DNA from: Coniocarpon cinnabarinum
Taxonomy: Eukaryota
DNA: 52,795 nucleotides
NCBI GenBank assembly: GCA_051942205.1
Contig: JAVECO010000164.1
Location: forward strand, 1-52,795
Direction: 5' to 3'
This document shows, piece by piece, positions 23,513 to 33,552 of the stretch. How positions within the stretch are numbered: position 1 is the stretch's first letter; each line of letters begins with the position of its first letter. Under the pieces are notes generated by a model. The model was not told the DNA's origin. It saw nothing but the letters and a program-made list of their open reading frames with translations, and made no database searches. A program made the translations under genes and the position numbers.

Positions 23513-25100
23513 ATGACTTCTCATCCGCCTTCTGAGACCTCTCCCGCACGCGACCCAGCACCTGACGATCCAACTGACGAAGCTCGTGAGGGTCCCGTCC
23601 GCGAAAAGCTGGAGGAGACACGTCTTGATGCAGAGAAGCGCCAGTCACTGGAAATTAGCGAAGTCAACATGAAAGAGGTACCTGGAAGTCCTGACGGCCG
23701 AGGGCGTGTTCGCAAGAAGCGCAGCCTTGATGACATCAATGAGGGCGAAGATACAACCGATGCAAAACATACCCGCAAGCGCAGCCGAGAGATGGACGAA
23801 AAGCATCGACCTACTAAGAAAGAGAAAGCTGACGTAGATACCACGGAAGACATTGGTCGCTCTGACGTCGATTCCAAGGCTCAGGCTGGAGACGCGCAAC
23901 CAGAGACAGAAGAAGAACCGACTGTTGGAGCGGACGAAGAAGCCTTCAAAACAGCTGACGAGAAATTTGAAAGCCAGCAAGAGCCAGCATCACCTTCAAC
24001 GCCACCCAAGCAACCATCAAGCAGCGGATTTGCGAACGCATCGGCCAAGTCTCCTTTCGCTTCCCTCAGTGGTACCAAATCGCCATTCAGTGGTTCGCAC
24101 ACAACCTCGAGCAGTAGTACTTTGGGAAGATCTGGCTTTTCAACTTTCGCGAAGTCTTCCAGCTCGCCATTTGGCGCATTTTCGCCCCCCAAAGACACTA
24201 CCTCCAAAGATGCCACCTCCGATTCCGACCGGATTCAGTCACCTCCTCGTTCAAGCGATACTCCAAAGGAGAAGCTCTCTTTCGCCAATGCGAGCAGTCA
24301 GCCGTCAGGATTCGGTGCATTGCAGAAACCTTCGACATTTGGGGGCGCGCTTGGCGCATCCTCGCCTTTCGCCAAAGCCACTAACAGTACCAACACACCG
24401 CTGAAATCGTTTGCATCCTCGGCCAACGGTTCGTCGTCGAACGGTCTCAATTCAGCTGCTCCAGCCAAGCTGGGTGATAGCACTGTGGAGGAAGATGACG
24501 CTGAAGAGGATGATGTCGATGAAGGACCGGAGCAGGTGGGCACGCATGTGGAAGAGAAGCGGGACGATCGATTTTACGAGCAAGATCTTGAAACAGGAGA
24601 GGAAGGTGAGGAAACCATCTTTCAGCATCGTGCAAAGTTGTACTACAACCCGGGCGATCAGTGGAAAGAACGAGGAGTCGGTGTTTTCAAAGTCAATTGT
24701 CGGAGAGTTAAGATGGGAGCGGAAGCTAAAGATGAGCCTGACGTGGAGAAGAAATTTCTCGAGGAAAAGCATGACAGAGCAAAAGCTGCAAAGGAGACAG
24801 TTGCGGCGCGATTCGTCTTTCGGGCGGACGGCAACCTCCGTACAATGCTCAACTCCCCTGTGACCAAGGAGGTCACATTTAGTGATAGACCAGGCACAGA
24901 AGGTGGCAAAAGCAAGATATTCACTGGTTACATCGACGGCAAGCCAACGCCCTGCTTGATCCAAGTAAGTCTCGAAGGACACTAGAGAGTTCATATAATA
25001 ACTTGAGATGATCTGTATGCTGATATTATCCCAGATGAAGCTGCCAGGCGTCCTCGCGGAGCTGTCTCAGGTCGTGGACGCGATCAAAGACAACCTTTGA
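23513..25100 (+). CDS. RanBD/RanBP1-domain nuclear export cofactor (Yrb2/RanBP3/Hba1-like), about 505 aa; intron 24965-25034
   Basis: Bipartite NLS-like RKKRS...RKRSR, SPF/SGF/FG-like repeats, and RanBD ETGEEGEETIFQHRAKLY...WKERGVGVFKVN...RADGNLRTMLN. Confidence 0.85.
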
Positions 25101-25612
25101 AGAGGAAGGTTGAGCACTCTAATTGAAGCATGGCAATACGCGCCGCTGCACGGGATGATAGACGACTTGAATGCACAGAAGATATCCATAGAAATTTGCG
25201 GAATGATACAACGATGGGCAGAACGTGTGTGGCGCGCACGCCTGGGTATTACGGAAAATTGACGATCTTGAGCAAGATCTGGAGGCGAAAGCTTGCATGC
25301 TTTTGATGGAAGCTCTTATTGATATCTTCGAAGAGCGGGTCTCTCACAACAGCGATGCAGCGGCATCCGCGTATCGGGACCCTCATCGTCGACACTTTGG
25401 ATATCTCTAGACTAGCTAAAAAGTCTTGAATATAGCTCGCGCAGGTCCATACTACAATGATCCTTCTAAGCCTTGACAAGTGAGGAAAAACAACCTAGTA
25501 GACGAGTTTTTGTCACGTGCATGCCCCTTTCACATGGCGCGCGTGAATATCACATGCTTAACGATGGCGACGTCACACGAGCAACTAAACTCGATGGAGG
25601 AATCCTCTTGAG

Positions 25613-25618
25613 CCTCGG
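25613..25618 (+). promoter_or_regulatory. CCTCGG FarA/FarB-type fatty-acid response element upstream of FOX2
   Basis: CCTCGG ends about 85 bp upstream of the FOX2 ATG. This hexamer is the known FarA/FarB core site in Aspergillus beta-oxidation promoters, but it is a single short motif. Confidence 0.5.
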
Positions 25619-25702
25619 CAACAATGGCAAGACATTGACGACTTGCAACACGTCCTTCGCTTGCTTCTTTCATCGTCCTTCTCTTCCTCTGTGTAGACCA
25701 AA

Positions 25703-28700
25703 ATGTCTCAAGAATTGCGTTTCGACGGCCAGACGGTCGTAGTGACTGGAGCTGGCGGCGGAGTAGGTGACTGCACACACCTGCATGGACAACGTTGCTG
25801 ATTCTTTGCTCTAGCTCGGCAAAGCCTATGCTTTATTATTCGGCTCGAGAGGTGCCAACGTCGTGGTCAATGACCTTGGCGGCTCTTTCAAGGGCGAAGG
25901 CCAATCAAACGCGGTACGTGGACATCGAGCAGCGAGCAGAATCGGGCTCATGTAAGAACGTGCACAGGCAGCCGACGTGGTCGTGGACGAGATCAAAAAG
26001 TCCGGTGGAAATGCCGTGGCTAACTACGACTCCGTGGAGAACGGTGAAAAGATCATTGACACAGCCATCCGAAACTATGGGAGGATAGACATCCTGATCA
26101 ACAACGCTGGCATCCTCCGTGATGTGAGCTTCAAGAACATGCAGGACAAAGATTGGGATCTGATCATGACGGTCCACATTACTGGCGCATACAAGGTGCG
26201 CAAAAGCTTCAATTCGTATAATGACGATGCGGTACTGACATCAGTGCAGTGCAGCCGAGCAGCATGGCCTTATTTCAGAAAACAACGGTATGGTCGAGTG
26301 ATCAACACGGCTTCGGCAGCTGGCCTCTTTGGCAACTTTGGCCAAGCGAATTATTCTGGTATGTCGAAGCCTGCTCACACCGAGCTAAGATTCCATATCT
26401 GACTATGAACAGCTGCAAAGCTCGGCCTGGTGGGGTTCACCGAAACTCTGGCAAAAGAAGGCTTGAAGTACAATATATTATGCAACGTCATTGCACCCAT
26501 TGCCGCTTCGAGGATGACCGAGACCGTCATGCCACCAGATGTACTCGATCAACTAAAGCCTGACTTCATTGTGCCACTCGTAGCTGTCCTCGTACATTCA
26601 TCAAACAGCAAGGAAACAGGATCAATCTTTGAGGTTGGCGGCGGACACATGGCGAAGCTTCGTTGGCAAAGATCTGGCGGCTTACTGCTCAAGCCAGATG
26701 ACTCTTTCAACGCTGGGTCAATACTAGACAACTGGAACAAAGTGACAGACTTCTCGAACCCACAATATCCTTCAGGCGTGAACAACTTCATGGACCTTTT
26801 GCAAGAAGCTCAAAAACTACCCAGCAACAAAGCCAAATCGAAGGTCGACTTAACAAATAAAGTTGCGGTTGTCACTGGCGGTGGTGCTGGGTAAGTAGCT
26901 CACAGCTTAAGTCTGACATCCAGCTCGCTGATTGTTTTGCAGCCTTGGTCGAAGCTACTGCCTACTATTCGCATCATTAGGCGCAAAAATCGTCGTCAAC
27001 GATCTTATGGACCCAGACGGCGTCGTGTCCGAGATTAAGAAGTCTGGCGGCCAAGCTGTCCCAGCCAAATACAGCTGCGAAGACGGTGACGCGATCATCA
27101 AGACCGCCATTGATGCCTATGGCCGAGTCGACATCCTCGTCAACAACGCTGGTATTCTCCGCGACAAGGCTTTCAACAACATGGACGACAATCTCTGGTA
27201 TCCCGTTCTAAACACCCATCTTCGTGGCACGTACAAGTGCACCAAAGCGGCCTGGCCTTACTTCTTGAAACAAAAGTATGGCCGAGTACTCAACACCACT
27301 TCAACCAGCGGAATATACGGTAACTTCGGCCAAGCAAACTACGCAGCAGCCAAGTGCGGCATCCTTGGCTTTTCTCGCGCGCTTGCTCTAGAGGGCAAGA
27401 AATACAACATCAACGTCAACACCATTGCGCCTAACGCCGGCACCGCGATGACGCGCACCATCATGCCGGAGGAGATCGTTCAGGCCTTCAAACCTCACTA
27501 TGTCGCTCCTCTCGTTGCACTGCTCTGCTCAGACCTCTGTCCCGACCCCACCGGTCAGCTCTACGAAGTCGGCTCTGGCTGGCAGGGCCAAACACGGTGG
27601 CAGCGCTCCGGCGGCCATGGCTTCCCCATCGATGTCAAACTCACGCCTGAACACGTGTCGCAGCAATTCGAGAAGATCCTCAACTTCGATGACGGTAGGG
27701 CGGATAACCCATCAGACCAGAGCGCAGGATTGCAAAGCATCATGGCGAACAGCGAAAATAAAGCCCGGGGTCAAAGTAAGCTATGACCCTTTCTGCCACT
27801 TGTACATATTCGCCATTTTCTGTACATACAAATCACTTATTCTTCCTTGATAGATGATTCTTCTCCGTCTTCGTCCCAATCGCCTCTCCCGCCCAACGAC
27901 GACCCCGATAACCCCTCCTATCCCGCCCGCATCTCTCACGCCAAAACGCTCACAGCCCGCGGGACTGACTATTCATATACCCACCGCGACCTGATCCTGT
28001 ATAATCTCGGCATCGGCGCCAAGCGCACGGATCTGAACCTCGTCTACGAATCGGCAGACGACTTCGGTCCCGTCCCAACCTTCGGCGTCATCCCCGCTTT
28101 CAACGCAGAAGCGCCTTTCTCCATGGCTGACCTGGTCCCGAATTTCAATCCCATGATGTTACTGCACGGGGAGCAGTATTTACAAATAAAATCCTGGCCG
28201 CTGCCCGGTGAAGGGACGTTGACGTGTTTTCCGAAACTGGTCGAGGTCGTGGATAAAGGCTCAGCGGGCGTCATCACGGTCGGTACAACCACCATTGATA
28301 AATCCACGGGCAATGAAGTTTTCTACTCCGAATCCACGGCTTTCGTCCGCGGCGCGGGTAACTTTGGAGGCACCAAATCAGGAGAAGATCGCGGCATGGC
28401 GACTGCGTCGTTCAAGCCGCCGAATCGCTCTCCCGATGCGACCGTCGATGAGAAAACGTCACCAGACCAAGCGGCGTTGTATCGCCTAAACGGGGACTAC
28501 AATCCTCTGCACATCGATCCGTCGTTCGCGGCGGTGGGCGGGTTCAAGGAACCGATACTTCACGGTCTTTGCTTTTTTGGGATCGGAGGGAAGCATGTCA
28601 TTTCACAATATGGGATGGTGAGGGCTTTGAAGGTGAGGTTTGCGGGGACGGTTGTCCCGGGGCAGACGCTGCGGACGGAGATGTGGAAGGAGTCTAATAG

Positions 28701-28794
28701 GGTCGTTTGGCAGATGAGGGTTTTAGAGACGGGGAAGCTTTGTATTGCTGCGGCGGGAGCGGAGCTGGAGAGTGAGGAGAGGGCGAAGTTGTAA
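25703..28794 (+). CDS. FOX2: Peroxisomal multifunctional beta-oxidation enzyme MFE-2 (two SDR dehydrogenase domains plus hydratase 2), about 915 aa; introns 25763-25814, 25914-25967, 26196-26249, 26359-26412, 26891-26942, 27776-27853
   Basis: [22 protein letters not shown], two [16 protein letters not shown] domains, hydratase motif [14 protein letters not shown]...PILHGLC, and C-terminal PTS1 -AKL. Confidence 0.97.
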
Positions 28795-29190
28795 TAAGGA
28801 TGAGGACATGGAATGATGAGTCAGGTGCAGGAGGAGGATGGGTGATGCTAGCAAGAGGGGGTTGAACTCGTTGCGGATGAGAATGGCAGAGCAGAAAGCG
28901 CCGAGAATGAAGGAAGAGGAGGTCGCAAAAATGCATATATGGATAATGCGAAGTTTCACTAGCTACACGGAATAAGCATGCAAGCGGTATTGATGTACAA
29001 GAAATACTAAGCATGCTCCCATGCACTGGTCGTACAGAGCTTTTCAGTAACCACACAACATTTTCCCACACAGAACTTTCCATCAAGACCGTCAATAATC
29101 TTCACAAATCCCTCGTACAGTGAAACGGACTCAACGGCCCAAGCACTCCTTACGCTGCCACGTGGCAAAGCCTCGAGCGTCGCGTTAATG

Positions 29191-31236
29191 TCACGATTCA
29201 TCCGTCGTCTCGGTGTCAAGTGTTGGGGCCAAGCTATCCCGAGCACTGTCCTTGCTTTGTTGGCTGTCGCTCGACTCGCTGTCCAGCGGCTTTGGCAGAC
29301 AACCTTTCATATTTTCGTACAAGTAGTCCAGTGGCTGCTTCGGGGGACGACTGCGCATTCTACTGAGGAGATCAGGAGGGACAACGACTGTAGGCGTGAT
29401 GCCATCGCTGCAATTACCAGCTGAGAAGACTGTGCAAGGTTCCAAGGCATGGGTTTGGGCTTGCTTTGTTGTGTCTGTCTTCTTTACGTGATTTGAGTCT
29501 GAACGGTCCTCTTGTTTATCTTGTTCTGGTTTAAGTTCTGTGTTCAGTGGAAGAACCTCAGCAGCCGTCGTATCTCGCTTTTCGGGAACCTCTTTTGGAG
29601 ACAGTGCAAGAGAAGCTTTACTTGGCGACAGAGCTGCCTTGGGAGTTGTGGGAGTTGTGGGAGTTGCTGCTTTGAATTGACAATCCTTATTAAAGCTGCC
29701 AAAAGTGAACACGGCAGCTTGCGCCTTCACCGTCTTTGAGGAGCGCGGAAGTTTTGCTACTTTTGACTTTGGGCGGATGGTCTTTCGCGCAACGGCTGCC
29801 TTAGTGGCAGGCAGCTTGTGACCAGAATCGCTCGTTGGTAAAGGCACCGAGTCGTGGTCTTTTGCCTCGTGCTCCTCTTTGAAAGGCTCCACTTGCGTCT
29901 TGAGAACGTCTTGCAGCGCATTCGACAATGAGTGCGCGAAGAAGTCCTGCCGCTCTTCTGCGGATTCATTATCCTGACTTCCAGTGATAGGTAAGTCCCG
30001 CTTCTCCTGGTGTGAATGTGACATGCCATAGAGTTGCGAAGGTCGAGGAGCAAAGGACCTGGGCAGCGAGTTCTGGGCAGATGGCGGCTCAGACTTTTCG
30101 CTTATGTCGGTTAAGTTGGATAGTGCTTCAGCTTTCTGCGAGCGCCATGCATCTTTCTTGTTGTCTAAATGCACGTACTTCGGCATGGTTGGAACAGGAG
30201 AGCGCCTGGCAGGAGCGGGATCCGGACTTGAGATCGGCGTATTGGGTGGCTGTTCAGGACTGCGACTTTGAAGCTCTGAGGAGTGCATGTGAGTTCCAGA
30301 AATTTTTCCTTTCGACTTTGCAAAGGGTCGTAAGTGACCCAGTGCATGCTTGAAAGCGGCCTGGCGCTCTTGCTGACGAGCCTTGGCCTCTGCCTCCTGG
30401 ACCTCCGAAGTGAGATACTGGAAGTCGATGACCTGTGCTGACCTCGCCGCTACTACGCCCAGCCCAGGTATCGTCTTTACGGAACGGCCGGCTTTCTCCT
30501 TGAAAAGCAGATCCTCGAGCATTTTGTAGCGCCACTTCTCGCCATGGATTGATCTCAAATGGCGCTCGACAAGTGTTTGCGCTTGCTGCAGGGCGTCAGT
30601 GGATCCTCTGATGGCGGGCTCTGCATTGCGAACTTCGGGCGAGCTTTGCGTTGAGATGATTTCTGGACTTAGGAGAATTCGACGGCGAGAGAACAGGTCT
30701 GGGTGTCTCCGCAGCTTGTGAAGGCTGCACTGAAGTGCCGGTAGAAGTTGGGAGACCATCTCATCATACATTCGCAGCGACTTGCCGAGCTGAGAACGAG
30801 GCATCAAAGATCCGAAACGATTGATCTTAAGCCTAGATCTGCGTGCAGCTGTAGGCTTACCCACAAACTGACAGGGGTCCACAGCTTCAGAAGTCCAGCT
30901 TCGAAGCTGTGTTGTGCTTGGGATCGGAGCATTATCAAGATCGTTCTCTAACACCGTGGCGCCACTTAGATGTTCGTCTTGCGGGTTTCCAGCGCCGCGC
31001 TGGGAGGTCTGATCTTCGGTGCTATGAGCGTGAGACTCTACAGGATGAGATGCCTCATCTTTTTGTGAAGGTGATCGGGGAAACGGAGAAGTGGCACGAG
31101 TCACTGCCGGGTATGGGCTTTGATTGCGTGGGTGGAGTGCGCCTAACGATGAGGCGCGAACTCGATCAACGTTGTGAAGCCAGGCGCTGATATCGACGGA
31201 ATGCTCGTCCGCCGAAAGGCGAGAAAAATGGCCCAT
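29191..31236 (-). CDS. Hypothetical 681-aa protein, largely Ser/Pro-rich and probably disordered
   Basis: Long uninterrupted ATG-initiated ORF between FOX2 and ZNG1; no family recognised. Confidence 0.75.
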   Translation of the reverse strand: MGHFSRLSADEHSVDISAWLHNVDRVRASSLGALHPRNQSPYPAVTRATSPFPRSPSQKDEASHPVESHAHSTEDQTSQRGAGNPQDEHLSGATVLENDLDNAPIPSTTQLRSWTSEAVDPCQFVGKPTAARRSRLKINRFGSLMPRSQLGKSLRMYDEMVSQLLPALQCSLHKLRRHPDLFSRRRILLSPEIISTQSSPEVRNAEPAIRGSTDALQQAQTLVERHLRSIHGEKWRYKMLEDLLFKEKAGRSVKTIPGLGVVAARSAQVIDFQYLTSEVQEAEAKARQQERQAAFKHALGHLRPFAKSKGKISGTHMHSSELQSRSPEQPPNTPISSPDPAPARRSPVPTMPKYVHLDNKKDAWRSQKAEALSNLTDISEKSEPPSAQNSLPRSFAPRPSQLYGMSHSHQEKRDLPITGSQDNESAEERQDFFAHSLSNALQDVLKTQVEPFKEEHEAKDHDSVPLPTSDSGHKLPATKAAVARKTIRPKSKVAKLPRSSKTVKAQAAVFTFGSFNKDCQFKAATPTTPTTPKAALSPSKASLALSPKEVPEKRDTTAAEVLPLNTELKPEQDKQEDRSDSNHVKKTDTTKQAQTHALEPCTVFSAGNCSDGITPTVVVPPDLLSRMRSRPPKQPLDYLYENMKGCLPKPLDSESSDSQQSKDSARDSLAPTLDTETTDES

Positions 31237-31541
31237 GCGAATCTTGTCTGAATGTAAATTGTTGATGTCGCAGATGTTGTTGTGCTTTTGTTGCTAAAGC
31301 GCTTATGTTCTTCAAAACAATTGAAGCATTGATGTTTTGCGCGGCGTTTGTCAGCTGCGTTGTTGATAAGGCAGAGGCGCGCCAAACGCGTCTCAAACGA
31401 GATGACGCCTAATGACGGCAACCTTCGGCTTCGAGGTGTCCATCGCCAGAGTTGGGACGAAAGGTCCATGCTTGATGTTGTTGGGGTGCCGAGGTATGTT
31501 TAAATAGTTGTTCAGCAGCACTTAAATACCCGCCTTTGTTG

Positions 31542-33132
31542 TTATTTTCCTACACCAGCTGAGGGATTCAATGCGTTATTCAAGCTTGTCTGCCACCGCG
31601 TTTGCATGAGGCGTCGGCCTATCACAACAAGCTTGCCAGTATCAGACGCTTGCGGTAAATTTTGAGCATCAGTGATTTCGAACACCTCTCGAACTCCTTG
31701 TAGCATCTTCGCCTGTCCCGATATCATTGGCATGCGCCCTTTCAAACGATGTATCTCAAAGTCAGTTGCAGCTTCGCTGCTTAATCCTGGAAGTGTCCCA
31801 TCCCAACAAACTCGTCGTAGCCAAACTTCGAGTGCTTCAAATGTGCTGTATGAAAGCTTCGGCATGGTCAGAGCAATCGTCTGAATGCTCGCGTCCAAAT
31901 GACTGTGACCCTTGTGAAGAGAAGCTTCCTCGAGCTCCTGAGCGCTAACAGAATCGTAAGCGTGAAGGTCCAGCAGAGTGCCTTCAAGTCGCGGGACCTG
32001 ACTGTGCGAGGTTTCGAATATCGATGATAGCGCGTTCACACCCTTTATAGTTTCCCTCACACCCTCAAGACATGCTTTGTCCACTAAGTCAATCTTGTTA
32101 ATGATAATAACGTCCGCGTGTGAGACTTGAAGATGCGCAGTCGTAGTGTGCTTGCCATGGTCGCTGTCTTCATGATTGAGCTGCCTCTGTAAGCCACTGA
32201 CTGCAACGTTGCCGTTGCTGTTGGATGCAACATTCCTGTCTTCATTTGCACCCTCCCCTTTCCAATCTTTGTCATTGAGGCTTCGGAGGAAGTTTTTCGC
32301 GTCAACAACCGTAACAACTCCATCTAAGTAGATAGATGAGCCAAGACCCTCGTCTACCCAGAAAAGTGGTGCAATGTTGCCAGGATCCGCAAGTCCAGTT
32401 GTTTCAAGGAGAATATAGTCAAAACCTCCCCTCCTGGATATGAGACCCTCAATAGCGGCTACTCCAGAGTCCTTTACAGAACAGCAGATGCAACCATTGG
32501 CGAGTTCAAGCCATTCTTCGACTTGCTGACCGTCTTTGTTGACAGTAAAGCTCTTCTCAATATCCGCCGCTGTGCAAACACCATAAGTAGAGGCTCAAAG
32601 TGCGTGCAAGGTGAAGCTTACAGTCACCAAACTCTGCACAGAGCTTGGTCAGTGGCGAATGATCTCAAGCATGGGCATCAAGACTGACCATTTAGTATGA
32701 CAGCAATCTTCTTGCCATGTTGCGCGTTCAAGATATAGTTCATTAACGTAGTCTTCCCAGAGCCCAAGTAGCCTGACAGTCATTGGTCAGACAAAACTTG
32801 CACATCTGTGTCTACATACGAGCATTTCGATGACCAAGATGCCTCTGAAGTTCGAAAACAGATGTTCAGCGTACAATCCGCCCTTCCTTCAAGTGGTGGA
32901 TAGGCAAAGGCATGCGTTTTCCGCTTTACGGGTCCACTAGGCTGTGGATCTCTGGGCATTTATTGTGTCCAGCGTGACGCTCGATCGACTGACCTGTGAC
33001 TATGGTGATTGGTACTTTCGCTACGCCTGAGTCCTGTGGAGTGCCCGCCTCGTCATCACCGGCAGATATAGAAACGCCATCAGCGCGTATCAACGATGGC
33101 GGGGCATCGTCAAGCTCATCATCAGAGGCCAT
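31542..33132 (-). CDS. ZNG1: COG0523/CobW-family G3E GTPase zinc metallochaperone (Zng1/CBWD-like), about 420 aa; exons 33132-32994, 32772-32689, 32633-32622, 32569-31542
   Basis: Splicing gives [38 protein letters not shown] (CxCC), [15 protein letters not shown] and CobW_C HRLKGR...QGVREVFE. Confidence 0.92.
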
Positions 33133-33552
33133 GTTTTATTGCCACAAAAGCGACAAACAATTTGCGTCCGTTGCAGAGAGAGAGATAGACCGTAGTTCAA
33201 GCCTCATATCGATACTTCACGTCGTTGGTCAAGCACCACCTACTTGTATGGGCAGCACATTTCCACAAAGCGGGCAGGGTGCAGAACCAACCACGATTGG
33301 CACCCAGGCTGTCAGGTCTTAATGAACACTAGTCTGCACCCTTTTACACAGAGCGTCAGCAGAGAAACATTATTCAACTAATGCGTTGTAAACTCTAACA
33401 AGCACGGATGCGATGCATCATTCGCAAGTCTACCTATCAAGAGGGACTGTAAGAGCTCTTATGCTCGTGACTTCGTCGACAAAAACTCGCTTGCAGTGCA
33501 TCGTCAAGACAAAAAATGCCTCATGCGGTCGTGACAAAACGCCTCCACTCAT

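Noticed and set aside
23521..24994. Long antisense and alternate-frame ORFs over YRB2-like, KRR1, FOX2 and ADA2
   Set aside because: Shadow ORFs produced by codon bias and low-complexity sequence of the real genes.
32773..32993. TPP riboswitch or stwintron in the ZNG1 intron
   Set aside because: No CUGAGA / GAUNNNGNUAAUNCNNGCG-type TPP core is visible, and removing the inner gtatgt...cag segment does not regenerate a splice site.
33275..33280. ZafA/Zap1-like CARGGT site upstream of ZNG1
   Set aside because: A single hexamer with poor flanks; expected by chance.
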